Positions 46,999-64,000 of a DNA stretch of 64,000 nucleotides are shown here, one piece after another; positions within the stretch are counted from its first letter, which is position 1, and each line of letters starts with the position of its first letter. The notes beneath the pieces are model-generated. The model was not told the DNA's origin, searched no databases, and saw nothing but the letters and a program-made list of their open reading frames with translations. Source of the DNA: the human T2T-CHM13v2.0 reference genome, Homo sapiens; assembly GCF_009914755.1 (NCBI RefSeq), contig NC_060933.1; one strand, written 5' to 3'. The translations under genes and the position numbers were made by a program.

Positions 46999-47270
46999 CC
47001 AAAATGCTTGATTTGCTATCGTTTTTTTGTGGGGGTTTTTTTTTGAGTAATTTTTGGCAGTTACTGATATACAGTGCCTAGATCCAATAGTTTGCTAGGT
47101 ATTGCCAGGTAGGAATTCTCTAATTCTGTCATTCCTGTTAAGTTACTAGTGGAAACTTGTATGAGGAGAAACAGTTCCTCATCTGTGTGGTTACTCAGTG
47201 GTACAGTTCATGTAGGAAGAGCAGGGTCAATTCTTGCTTCTTTGTTTTTATTTACCAGTTTTTAAAATAA

Positions 47271-47876
<606 letters not shown>

Positions 47877-48465
47877 ACAAGTTAGTTTCTTAATACCCTT
47901 CAGTGGTGGCCAATTAGGTTTTTGCTGTCATTGGTGGTATTATGAACTCTCAGATTTATATATATCTGATGTGTTTCAGTCCACTGCGGTTATTTTCCCT
48001 GTTGATATTCAGATTGTCTCGTCTTTGGCCAGTGGGAACTTCACATTAGCTCCTAGTCATTTTGACATTAACTTTGTAGTTTTCCATGACGTCCGCGCCC
48101 TCAAATGACAAGCTATTGCAGGTTCATTCTGTGCCCCAGGCCTGAATCACCCATTTCTCTAAGGAATCTTATCCTTTAATGGGAAATGGAATTTTAAGGC
48201 AATAATCTCAGATTTCAAAACTTTCAAAGATTTCATAAGATTTTTATGAAATGTTTAGAGTTAGAAGGGGCTTTGGAGATAGTCTTGTGCACCCAGAAAG
48301 CAGTGGTGGCCGGTTAGGCACAGAGCTGGTTGGTCACAGAGCTAAGAGTTAACATGGCCAGCTGACTTCCGGCGCCAGGTTCCTTCTACCACATATCCCA
48401 GCAAGATGGTCACATTACCTAAAAGACCCCACAGGGTCTGAAACTCATCATCTGCCCTCCTCTAG

Positions 48466-49123
<658 letters not shown>

Positions 49124-49287
49124 TTGTCCTGGTCTTCTGATGATAAAGAGCCTGGTAAAATGTCAGAGCCTGGGCTGCTGCTGGGGCCATCCCTTCTGAG
49201 GTCTGCTGCAAAGGTAACTGATTTTAAATGTAGTGTAGTGAAATGCTACACATCTTGAACAGCCTTTCTCTTTCGGTTTTCTTTCAG

Positions 49288-49440
49288 CATTTGGAGTATT
49301 GCTTTGGGAAATTGCTACCTATGGCATGTCCCCTTACCCGGGAATTGACCTGTCCCAGGTGTATGAGCTGCTAGAGAAGGACTACCGCATGGAGCGCCCA
49401 GAAGGCTGCCCAGAGAAGGTCTATGAACTCATGCGAGCAT
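49288..49440 (+). CDS. ABL1: ABL1 exon 8 (kinase C-lobe)
   Basis: cag|CATTTGG; [16 protein letters not shown]...VYELMRA; donor CAT|GTAAGC; 153 nt. Confidence 0.99.
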
Positions 49441-49747
49441 GTAAGCCTTCCTCAGCCTGTTCTCACGAGTATATGTGGGCATTCCAGGAAATTCAACTGT
49501 GCAGGAGTGTGTACACAAAGTTGAAAGTTTTTCCATGAGCTCTCTCCATTCCAGTTCTTCAGATGCAGCTAATGTAGCCATTTGCTACCTATTGACCTTT
49601 ATTTACAGATAAATAGTATGTGCGTGACTTGTCTTTTAAAGGAAAAATGGTATTGATAGATACCAAACCTGGGTGTATTCCTAAATACAGATTCCTGGGC
49701 CCTGCTTTCACAGACATTCTGCTATAGTAGCTAAGCTCATGAGGTGA

Positions 49748-50080
<333 letters not shown>

Positions 50081-50590
50081 TGATTACATATGTGTTATCT
50101 GTACTATGCACACACAGGATGTTTTCATATATCTTATAAGGTATTTATATGGCCATTTCTTACACTGTTTTCCCACACATGTCTTTCCACGTCCATATAT
50201 TCAGATCTCTCCCTCTCCCTACCTCTTATTTATGTATAGCTGCCCAGTACTCCATTTCACTCATTCATCCGGTCCTCTTTTGATGTGCATTTGGTTGTTT
50301 TACACATTTGTTTGGTTTTTGCCCTTATAAACAAAGCAGAAACAAATATTCATGTACACGAATCTCTGGGCACTTTGGCTGGTATTTCTAAAAGTTGAAC
50401 TGTTGGTTCCAAGAACTGTGTGGGTTTTAAATTTTGATACATTTTACCAAACTGTTAAAAAAGGTTGTGCCATTGTATGCTCCAGTCAGACGCATATGGG
50501 AGTGACTGTTCCTGGTCCCCAGTACTAGGCTTTGTCAGTCTGTTTAGTCCTCATGTTAGTCTCATTTTCATGAGAATTTCTTTACTTCAG

Positions 50591-50625
50591 ACTTTGATAA
50601 CCGTGAAGAAAGAACAAGATAGAAG
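50591..50625 (+). other. ABL1: 35-nt cryptic poison exon in intron 8 (the '35INS' splice variant)
   Basis: tttacttcag|ACTTTGATAACCGTGAAGAAAGAACAAGATAGAAG|gtgagc is exactly 35 nt. Joined to exon 8 it reads YFDNREERTR* and truncates the kinase. Confidence 0.95.
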
Positions 50626-50915
50626 GTGAGCTGTTTGGCTTAGTAATTTTCTACACCTACTAGAGCGGGACTGGGAAAAATATATTTGTAAATGCAGTTC
50701 TTGCTGTCACTGTCTCTCTGGGGTTTTACAATCCATATTCCTGCCAGCATCTAACGTCTTTTCAAATTCTTAATGTCTATAACAGGACATGATGACATTC
50801 ATCGTTTTGACTTGTTGCAGCAAAAGATGGTTAGCAGGATTGGAATGTTGCTTTCATTCTAGACTTTTCCTTGAGAACTGCTAGCCCCGTATTGCTAGCC
50901 AGATCTCATGGATGA

Positions 50916-51221
<306 letters not shown>

Positions 51222-51372
51222 TAAGGGCTGTTTCTCCGGTATCCACGTGCCTTTTCTTTAGTTGTATGCAGATGAGCACTGTTACCTTACAAAGAAAGAG
51301 AACCACCACACCAAGCCAACACCAGTACTGATGGCTGCTGGATTTTTGTTTCTGTCCCTGTATGATTCTTAG

Positions 51373-51537
51373 AAGTGGAAAAGGAGCTGGGGAAACAAGG
51401 CGTCCGTGGGGCTGTGAGTACCTTGCTGCAGGCCCCAGAGCTGCCCACCAAGACGAGGACCTCCAGGAGAGCTGCAGAGCACAGAGACACCACTGACGTG
51501 CCTGAGATGCCTCACTCCAAGGGCCAGGGAGAGAGCG
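51373..51537 (+). CDS. ABL1: ABL1 exon 10 (alphaI' helix, PxxP adaptor site)
   Basis: tag|AAGTGGAA; EVEKELGK...APELPTK...GQGES; donor GCG|GTAAGT; 165 nt. Confidence 0.99.
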
Positions 51538-52203
51538 GTAAGTCCCCCGCTTCCCCCAACCCCACTGCTCTTCCCTTCCCTGCCAGAGGCTACATTCAGG
51601 CCATCATAGGCCAACGGGAAGCTGTGAATGGAGCCCGCACAGAAGGGCAGCCATGGCCTTTGTCAATGGTTCAGCTTCGGAAGGAGGAAGGTTCTCCTCT
51701 CCCCACCTGCCTCCTATCCCCTCCCTCTGAGAGTCCCCGAGGAGCATAGGCTCCAGCAGTGAGTTCAGTCCTGTAGGCAGAGGTGCTTCTGAAGCCCGCC
51801 AAGGAGCTAGCCCATCTCCCACCTATTACCCGCGGCATCTGTGGTTGCTGTCTCAGAGCAGATTCAACAATAGTAAGCACCAGGCTGCGTGACAAGCAGC
51901 TCACGGTGAAGGCACTGATGTGAGAAGCTCGCTGCAGCCAGGTGGAACCAGGACACGCACATGGACAGAACCCGTGTCCTGGTGGTCTCTGGGAAGAGCA
52001 TCTTTCTGGTGCCATTGCCTAGGCGAGCAAGGGAGTTGGGATCAGCTCAGGAGGGGGTCTCAAGACACTAGCAAAAATAATAATGGCCAACATTTATGTA
52101 GTGTGCCTACTACAGGCCAGGCTCTGTTCTATGTTCATGGTTGACCCCCAGAACCAGCAGTCCAGGTTCTGCTGCAGACCAGCTGAACAAAAGCATTGAG
52201 GGG

Positions 52204-52555
52204 TGTATTAGTCTGTTTTCATGCTGCTAATAAAGGTATACCCAAGACTGGGTAATTTATAAAGGAAAGAGGTTTCACCGACTCACAGTTCCACATGGCT
52301 GGGGAGGCCTCACAATCATGGCTGAAGGTGAATGAGGAGCAAGGTCACATCTTACTTGGCGGCAGGCAAGAGAGCTTGTGCAGGGGAAGTCCGCTTTATA
52401 AAACCATCAGATCTCGTGAGACTTATTCACTACCACGAGAATGTGGGAGAAACCTCCCCATGATTCATTGATCTCCACCTGACCCCACCGTTGACACGTG
52501 GGGCTTATTACAATTCAAGGTGAGATTTGGGTGGGGACTCAGCCAACCCATATTG
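52204..52555 (-). mobile_element. THE1B-like MaLR solo LTR
   Basis: tgtattagtctgttttcatgctgctaataaa...ggctggggaggcctcacaatcatgg...gagatttgggtggggactcagccaacccata. Confidence 0.93.
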
Positions 52556-53363
52556 GAGGTGGGGGGTAGGCCAAGCATCTGGGTTCACAGAGGATCCTGG
52601 GGATGGCAATGGTGGACTCCATTCTAATGGACTGCAGACTGGGTACATGTGAAGGGACTGGACAAAGCCCTACTTCTTGAAGATTTATGGTGGGATGTTT
52701 ACTGACAGCAGAATCTATAAACCTGAGTTTTATCACGTACTCTCATTAGTAAAAAAAAAACAAAAAAAAACAGAACATGCAGCCCATATATATGGTATAT
52801 AAAGTACGTATGTCCACTACTGTAGGAGTAGAGTGCGTATGTTATGTACCAAAACGCACATTTAAAAGGCTTGCATGCTAAATAAGTCCAAATTTGCAAT
52901 ACTTCCCGCCCCGCTGGGCCATCTCACTCACCTACTTGGAGGTTATGGCGTATAGACTCTCCAGAATCTTCCACCCTTCCTCCTCTTATCGGTTTTCCTG
53001 ATTTCAGGTGGCTGAGCAGTAGGGAGGAGAGGCCTCTGGGAACGCTGTGCTTATTAAGAACCCAGTGATCAGCAGTCATGTTCATTTACGCCCGTCAGTT
53101 TCATCTGAGGGGTATTTTGATAGTGATCTCTTGGTGAGCCGAGGGTGTCAATTAACTGCTCAGTGCTGAAACTGAGTGGTGCATAATTCATTGCAATTTC
53201 ACTCTCCTGGCCTCCTTCCACTAGATTAAAGTTTTGGGAGGGCTTTGGTGTTCCCTGATTCAGATGTCCCGCGTGCTGCCTTGGGTTCTGATAAATGCAT
53301 ACTGGTACCTCTGTTGAGTTACAGGTGCCAACAGAAAACCTCTTCTTGCAAGCTGACCTCTGA

Positions 53364-53706
<343 letters not shown>

Positions 53707-53767
53707 ACCAGAAAGATTTCTTATGAGCTATGATTCATATTTAAAGAGTGCCCATTAAAAAACTGTT

Positions 53768-53840
53768 GGCCGGGCGTGGTGGCTCACACCTGTAATCCCA
53801 GCACTTTAGGAGGCCGAGGTCAGCGAATCACAAGGTCAGG
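53768..53840 (+). mobile_element. Alu 5' fragment
   Basis: ggccgggcgtggtggctcacacc...aggtcagg, then unrelated sequence. Confidence 0.88.
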
Positions 53841-54088
53841 CTCCCGTGGCACAAGCTGGGGGCTGCCCCCACCCCATGCTCCCCAGAGGAGCACCCAAGC
53901 GTCTGGGCTCAGACAGGCCTGGATCTGATAACCGGCTCTGATGCCACCATCCCTGAGGCCAGGCAAGTCCCAGCCGGGCTACAGCACTGTTGTGAGAATG
54001 CAGATGAGGTTGTAAAGGTGAAGCACGTGTCACGCTTCTCTCAATAAAGCCATCATTGCTGTTAGGATTGTCATTAGGAAAGGCTTTG

Positions 54089-54464
<376 letters not shown>

Positions 54465-54663
54465 TTACTTGAAGGCAGCAGCCCCCCACCCACCCACATC
54501 ACTCTCTAGTGAGTATAAAAACGATGACAAGGCCAAGCAAAGGGTCAAAACCTGTGGCTCTCCTGCCAGCCAGCTAGCCGAGAGGCCTATGAGGAGCTCT
54601 GGGAATAAGGGGCTGTGTCCCACAGTGGGGAAGGGACAATGGGCCATTATGCACAGGAGATAA

Positions 54664-56556
<1,893 letters not shown>

Positions 56557-56716
56557 CAGCAGTCAGGGGTCAGGTGTCAGGCCCGTCGGAGCTGCCTGCA
56601 GCACATGCGGGCTCGCCCATACCCGTGACAGTGGCTGACAAGGGACTAGTGAGTCAGCACCTTGGCCCAGGAGCTCTGCGCCAGGCAGAGCTGAGGGCCC
56701 TGTGGAGTCCAGCTCT

Positions 56717-56724
56717 ACTACCTA
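56717..56724 (+). promoter_or_regulatory. miR-196 8mer seed match (ACTACCTA)
   Basis: Exact complement of miR-196 nt 2-8 (AGGUAGU) plus A1. Confidence 0.55.
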
Positions 56725-57195
56725 CGTTTGCACCGCCTGCCCTCCCGCACCTTCCTCCTCCCCGCTCCGTCTCTGTCCTCGAATTTTATCTGTGGAGTTC
56801 CTGCTCCGTGGACTGCAGTCGGCATGCCAGGACCCGCCAGCCCCGCTCCCACCTAGTGCCCCAGACTGAGCTCTCCAGGCCAGGTGGGAACGGCTGATGT
56901 GGACTGTCTTTTTCATTTTTTTCTCTCTGGAGCCCCTCCTCCCCCGGCTGGGCCTCCTTCTTCCACTTCTCCAAGAATGGAAGCCTGAACTGAGGCCTTG
57001 TGTGTCAGGCCCTCTGCCTGCACTCCCTGGCCTTGCCCGTCGTGTGCTGAAGACATGTTTCAAGAACCGCATTTCGGGAAGGGCATGCACGGGCATGCAC
57101 ACGGCTGGTCACTCTGCCCTCTGCTGCTGCCCGGGGTGGGGTGCACTCGCCATTTCCTCACGTGCAGGACAGCTCTTGATTTGGGTGGAAAACAG

Positions 57196-57202
57196 GGTGC
57201 TA
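57196..57202 (+). promoter_or_regulatory. miR-29 7mer-A1 seed match (GGTGCTA)
   Basis: Complement of miR-29 nt 2-7 plus A1. Confidence 0.4.
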
Positions 57203-57629
57203 AAGCCAACCAGCCTTTGGGTCCTGGGCAGGTGGGAGCTGAAAAGGATCGAGGCATGGGGCATGTCCTTTCCATCTGTCCACATCCCCAGAGCCCAGCT
57301 CTTGCTCTCTTGTGACGTGCACTGTGAATCCTGGCAAGAAAGCTTGAGTCTCAAGGGTGGCAGGTCACTGTCACTGCCGACATCCCTCCCCCAGCAGAAT
57401 GGAGGCAGGGGACAAGGGAGGCAGTGGCTAGTGGGGTGAACAGCTGGTGCCAAATAGCCCCAGACTGGGCCCAGGCAGGTCTGCAAGGGCCCAGAGTGAA
57501 CCGTCCTTTCACACATCTGGGTGCCCTGAAAGGGCCCTTCCCCTCCCCCACTCCTCTAAGACAAAGTAGATTCTTACAAGGCCCTTTCCTTTGGAACAAG
57601 ACAGCCTTCACTTTTCTGAGTTCTTGAAG

Positions 57630-57637
57630 CATTTCAA
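57630..57637 (+). promoter_or_regulatory. miR-203 8mer seed match (CATTTCAA)
   Basis: Complement of miR-203 nt 2-8 (UGAAAUG) plus A1; miR-203 is a known ABL1 regulator. Confidence 0.7.
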
Positions 57638-58524
57638 AGCCCTGCCTCTGTGTAGCCGCCCTGAGAGAGAATAGAGCTGCCACTGGGCACCTGCGCACAG
57701 GTGGGAGGAAAGGGCCTGGCCAGTCCTGGTCCTGGCTGCACTCTTGAACTGGGCGAATGTCTTATTTAATTACCGTGAGTGACATAGCCTCATGTTCTGT
57801 GGGGGTCATCAGGGAGGGTTAGGAAAACCACAAACGGAGCCCCTGAAAGCCTCACGTATTTCACAGAGCACGCCTGCCATCTTCTCCCCGAGGCTGCCCC
57901 AGGCCGGAGCCCAGATACGGGGGCTGTGACTCTGGGCAGGGACCCGGGGTCTCCTGGACCTTGACAGAGCAGCTAACTCCGAGAGCAGTGGGCAGGTGGC
58001 CGCCCCTGAGGCTTCACGCCGGGAGAAGCCACCTTCCCACCCCTTCATACCGCCTCGTGCCAGCAGCCTCGCACAGGCCCTAGCTTTACGCTCATCACCT
58101 AAACTTGTACTTTATTTTTCTGATAGAAATGGTTTCCTCTGGATCGTTTTATGCGGTTCTTACAGCACATCACCTCTTTGCCCCCGACGGCTGTGACGCA
58201 GCCGGAGGGAGGCACTAGTCACCGACAGCGGCCTTGAAGACAGAGCAAAGCGCCCACCCAGGTCCCCCGACTGCCTGTCTCCATGAGGTACTGGTCCCTT
58301 CCTTTTGTTAACGTGATGTGCCACTATATTTTACACGTATCTCTTGGTATGCATCTTTTATAGACGCTCTTTTCTAAGTGGCGTGTGCATAGCGTCCTGC
58401 CCTGCCCCCTCGGGGGCCTGTGGTGGCTCCCCCTCTGCTTCTCGGGGTCCAGTGCATTTTGTTTCTGTATATGATTCTCTGTGGTTTTTTTTGAATCCAA
58501 ATCTGTCCTCTGTAGTATTTTTTA

Positions 58525-58530
58525 AATAAA
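58525..58530 (+). terminator. ABL1: ABL1 polyadenylation signal AATAAA
   Basis: Canonical hexamer with upstream TGTA/U-rich elements, downstream GT-rich element (CCTGTTGTTCTG ~58582) and G-rich tract at 58601-58657. Confidence 0.92.
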
Positions 58531-58534
58531 TCAG

Positions 58535-58542
58535 TGTTTACA
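58535..58542 (+). promoter_or_regulatory. miR-30 8mer seed match (TGTTTACA)
   Basis: Complement of miR-30 nt 2-8 plus A1, 4 nt after the AATAAA. Confidence 0.6.
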
Positions 58543-59773
58543 TTAGAATTCTTGGCAGATTGCTTCGGCCTGTGATCCTGCCCTGTTGTTCTGAGCCTGT
58601 GCGGTGGCGGGGCCGGGATGTAGTGGGTTCTGGTTTCCCGACGGGGCTGGGGCCCGGCATCAGGTCTTACAGAGCAGAACGGTGGCAGGTTGCCCCCAGC
58701 TGCCCAGGGCCTCTGCGGCCTGGGTGCCCACAGCCATCTTTCAGGCACTTGCCCTGCTATGCTCGGACCCTTTCTGTACCCTTGGCGCTTACCTGCTGGC
58801 AGCCTGGCCCCACCGGCATCACTGGGAGTGGGCTGTGCCACCATACAAGCCACATCTGACTGGCGGTATCAGGCTGTCGCAGCGACGTGGAAGTGGGGTG
58901 AGGAGGTCACGTCCCGTGCTTCTTGCTGGCTGAGGGCAAATCCCTCCCCACGTGCGCCTGTTCTCTCTCCACCTTTCCGCCCTAAGCCCCCAGGTGCCCT
59001 TACTCACTCATGTTCCTTGAGCCAGGTGTCTTAGGTCTTTGTGTGGATGAGGAGGAGCGGAGGTGTGAGGTGTGCTGGGCCTTCAGGGCCTGGGAAGGCC
59101 ATCCCAGACTGAGCCCCACCGCCCTTTCCCAGCTCAGTCCCCACCGAGCTGACAGCTTGGAAAGGGGCGGTTGGGAAGTGAGTAGCACCCTCTGATAATG
59201 ATACTGATCAGGCCAGCAGGTTTGTCAGGGGTGCACATCCTGCTCAGCAGAGCATATGAAGATCACAGCTTGGTGAAGCTCCACTCGAGAGACCTGGAGC
59301 GAGACTGCTGTGCGGTGGGTGACAGGTGGAACTCCAGCCGGGCCGGGGCTGGTGGAGCCCACTGCGAGCAGTGCCAGGCACAAGATTCTCCCCCTCTCAT
59401 TTCACAGGGACAAAACCAGGCTGGGGCCCCCAATTTCCTTGCCGGTTGAACCATAGCTGGCCACCAGATCCACCAAGCCTGGGGCTTCTCTTGTCCTTTG
59501 AATGGCTGCTTCTCCCAGGTCTGAACGAAGACATAGGACAACTCTGGTGACAGCCACAGCTGGTGGCCGCTTCCTCGTGTCAGATGTGGACGGTCACCCC
59601 GCCCTCCCAGCGCTAAGCGCTGAGACTGCGTGTCCAGAGTCGGCTCCTGCACGTGAGGCCAATTGGTCACACTGGGCCAGTGTGGAGGAAGACGCCTCTC
59701 ATCTCCCAAATGGGGATCTTTCATGGGTGTCACCTGAGCTTATAGAGCTTAGTTTAGTCTAGCCATTCCAAGA

Positions 59774-59915
59774 CAGTGGTTTCTTAACCTTTTCTAGGTC
59801 ACAAAACCTCCTGAGAACCTAATGAAAACTGGATCCCAGCCCCAGAAAAATGCACCTGTGTGCACACACCCAGCAGTTTCCAGGTCATTTCAAGTCCTGC
59901 CTTCGAGGTCCATTG
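59774..59915 (+). mobile_element. hAT-Charlie fragment (Charlie4z-like)
   Basis: cagtggtttcttaaccttttctaggtcaca...gagaacctaatgaaa...ccccagaaaaatgcac. Confidence 0.6.
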
Positions 59916-59963
59916 TTATTATTTACAAAACACCAGCCTAAGGTATTGGACATTTTCTTAAAA

Positions 59964-60847
<884 letters not shown>

Positions 60848-63579
60848 AAGCCCACCACTTTTTTTAATGAGAGAGTTTTTGTTACTGTCCTCCTCTGACA
60901 GGTAAGGAAGCTGAGAGGCTCAGAGATGTCAAGCAGCTCGGCCAAGGTCACACAACATGTACCAGCTGGTGCCTACCACGGCAGTCTAATCAGTAGACAG
61001 TGCAGACAGCCCCAACAGGACCAGGAGAGAACTGTGCCCAGGGCCGGATTTCTCCCTCCACAGTGGAAGAGAAGCAGCCAAGTATTACAGCCAGCCCAGC
61101 TCCTTGGGCCGCAGAGATCATCTCAGGAGGCCTTTCTAAACGGAGTGCCCTGGGGAAGCAAACTCTAAACGTCCTCGTACGAGAAGACATTAGGTGAGAC
61201 CAGGCTGACCACAGTGTCCCTGTCAGCACTGCCCTCGTCCCTGGGGGTCACCTAATGTCTTGCTCCCCTGCCCCCACACTCCAGTTGATATCACTGCTGT
61301 AATCAGGGAAATCTCTGAGCTCTTTTTCTGGGAGGGCATTTCCGAGGGGCCAAGGAGCTGCGGATTGGAGGAGCACCAGCAGCACAGGGCATGCCCCTGC
61401 TCCCTACCCAGAAGCTGGAAAGTACCATGTCAGGTTTGGGGTCTTCAGTGAAATCTGTCAAGCAGCGTCTTTGGCACTGGGGCAAAGTTAGGATGAGGTG
61501 GCTTCCCTCTTGATTACTACAGCAGCTGTCTATGGCTGACTGTCCCCAGGAGCCTGTTTTGTTTGGGGTTTTTTCTTAAATATTTTTATTAGTATTTCAA
61601 ACATACAGGAAAAGACAAATGTTTTCCATTCATCTTGATAGCTAAATACCTTTAGATCTACACACCAAGATGAAGACCGCCTTGTGTCTTGGATAAATGT
61701 AACGAGCAGATGCTGGCAGCTCGCAGGTGCTCTGGGCTGGAGTAGTTAGAACTGCCGGGCCAGGTGGAGTGAGCCAGCACTGCTCAGGGGAGCTTCATCT
61801 CTCTGATTCCAAAATAAATGTTTTCTGGAGTCTCAACTTCACCCTCCTGGAGAGGGGTAATCTTATCTGTGGAGGAGAGAGCAAGGGCTGAGGGGGCGCT
61901 GGGGTGGCATGAGAGGCCCAAAGACCTTGACAGACACGGTGGGCTTGGCCGCGGGGCACCGGGTTAAAGAGGAGGCTTAGCCAAGCCCAGCGGGAGTTGA
62001 TTTGACAGCAGTGCCCTTAGCAGCTTGATTGTTCGGATTTTCAGGGCTACTGAGCTCAAGTGTACAAGCAAACTGGAAAGAATAGCTTTGTTGGGTTTTT
62101 TAAAGTGATAAAAGCATAATGACAGCATATCCACTGCTTTGAAGGCATCCCCCGCCCCCGTGTTCTTTATCTCAGGTTTTTCCATCAAGGTTAATCTAAT
62201 CCTGCTAAATTAACAACCAGCCAGTGCATCCCCAAAGAGCCTGTGGAATGTGCAGGGTGGCTCAGCCTCGGTGTTCTCTAAAGTACTGGCTGTGGGTGGC
62301 TCCTTGCTCACTTGCAGAAGTTGGCAAGTGACGAGTGGCCAGGGGACCGTGCGTCAGGGCGTCCCTCTGCCCTCAGCCTGCTGTGTTTCACCCGGTCTCT
62401 GGTGAGCACATCTCTGGCTGCTTTGCGTGAATGAGCCAAGGGAGGGATAGATCTAGCTTACTGCCTCCCCCTCCCTTAAGCCAAGCAGAATGGGGTGTGT
62501 GTGCACACCTGTGGTGAACGAATCTGTCCGTTCACCCTGTGCCAGGGCCGTCCTTACAGCAAGGACCCCGGGGATGTGTCCGTCCCCATCAGTGTCATGT
62601 TAGCAAGCAGTGACAACATCCCTTTGCAGGAGGCATCCTGAACCACTCTGTCCTCAGACAGTGGCAGAGCCCAAGAGAACAATGTGCCCCACCCCTCCAC
62701 CAGCCTCAGGAATCATTGTCTTGTCCCCATCACAGCAGCCCTAAGACTCAGGGCACATGCGCCAAGCCTGGGGGGCTAGTTTCTGTGTGGGAAGCGATGG
62801 GGAAGCGGTGAGGAGCTCCTGGAGAAGGTGGCAGCTTTCATACCGGGTGATGTTCTGACTCTGGTGTTCTCTCCCATCTCAGCACCCATTCTGCTCCCCA
62901 GTCAGGTTGGTTCTTTGTGGCTCAGATCTGTCACCCCTTAATGAAGTGGCTTTCTGGCTGCCAAGGATTGAGAGCTGCTACTGAGGAGTATAAGTCACTA
63001 ATAGCATGGAAAACACTGTGAAATACTCCAAGGTGCCAAGCTGGGCCCAGCCCAGTGTGGTTCTAAAAGGCTAATAAAAATCCACCAATTAATTGTGACA
63101 GCTCAATGGGAAATTATTCAATTGTGAACAGGGGCAAGCTGCAGCTCGAAAGGAGGAGGGGAGGGGTTGCCATAGTAACATCAATGTAAGTTCTCATCTC
63201 AGCAGCGGAAGCCAGCCCGGGAGTGAGCAGCATCCGACCGCCGCCTCTGACACGGGATGGGATGCAGGAGACACCAAAGGCGCGTTTGAAACAGATGCTT
63301 TGCCTGGCCCCGGGCCTGCAGCCACTCCCGGCTGAGCGTGGGCTCTCCCCGGGGCAGAGAAGTTGTTTTCCGAATGTTCCTTGCTCTTAGGAAACCTGGG
63401 AAGGAGCAGCCGAGTGGAAGTGAAAAGCACATGTGCTGTGTTCCTCCGCCCCTTTGACCGACTGCCGGTTACAGGGATCTAGAGGAGGGGTGTTTGGGTC
63501 CAGTCAACAGGAGCTCCATCTCCCGAAAGGCAAGGCACCCAGAACTCAGACTGTGGGGGAGGCCAGCATTCCAGTATGG

Positions 63580-64000
63580 TTTTGCAGTTGTCACAACTTT
63601 TATTTGAAAAGATACACACGACATATTCTGATTTTGAACATGTGAAATGCAACCTTGCTATAGCAAAAACGGATTCCTTCCCAACGCATCTCCCAGGAGA
63701 CTCCTGGCCGGGCTAACACTGGGCCGCGGAGAAGGGCTGCGGTCAGAGGGGCAGGCAAACCACAGCAGGGGCTTCTTGCCAGGGGGATCTTGTGCTCATG
63801 GCATGGAGAAGGGGATCGGGTTCTTTTTTCCCATTTTTAACTTTCAGAACCATCCTCTGTACCCAGTGGAATGCACTCATTTGCACTCTGATGTCAGCCG
63901 CAGTCGTGCCTATAGAGACTGTCACAACTTTGATTACCCAACTGTAAGCACTCAGCCCGCTGCCTCGCTCTGCTATTCACACTCATGGCCCAGCCACAGC
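63580..64000 (-). other. QRFP: Probable 3'UTR end of the convergent QRFP gene
   Basis: Minus-strand AATAAA (TTTATT at 63599-63604). QRFP is known to lie tail-to-tail a few kb downstream of ABL1. No QRFP coding sequence is inside the window, so the name rests on gene order. Confidence 0.55.

Larger units (their letters stand above)
56557..58547 (+). other. ABL1: ABL1 3'UTR (~2 kb)
   Basis: Runs from the stop codon to just past the first AATAAA I found (58525); no Alu within it. Confidence 0.9.

Noticed and set aside
47166-47179. Third occurrence of gagaaacagttcct from the 22217/22968 duplication
   Set aside because: Only 14 nt, flanks do not align, and it lies in L1-like sequence; likely chance.
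52784-52795. Palindrome CCATATATATGG as a CArG box
   Set aside because: It has eight A/T between CC and GG, not the six SRF requires.

Overview
This window is human (primate) genomic DNA, not prokaryotic. It holds the ABL1 tyrosine-kinase locus from the CpG-island promoter and exon 1a through exons 2-11 to the poly(A) site. The 11 coding exons I mapped by GT-AG boundaries sum to 3393 nt, or 1130 aa plus stop, which is isoform 1a. Kinase hotspot codons checked (L248, G250, Q252, Y253, E255, T315) are wild type. Exon 1b lies upstream, outside the window. The right end probably carries the 3' end of the convergent QRFP gene. Introns contain about 40 Alus plus MIR, L2, L1, hAT/Tigger DNA-transposon fossils and a THE1B solo LTR. 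Four observations stand out. (1) Two segments of intron 1 align with the mouse-only c-abl type III and type II alternative N-terminal exons, recalled from memory, but have frameshifts and no GT donor in human. (2) A strong-Kozak uORF is in frame with the main ORF and separated from it by a single TGA. (3) A 594-residue tyrosine-free stretch in the kinase tail largely explains a ~500-codon antisense ORF. (4) The 35INS poison exon is present, along with further candidate cryptic exons and motif clusters. No CRISPR array, tRNA or rRNA is evident. Most six-frame ORFs are Alu or low-complexity artefacts.
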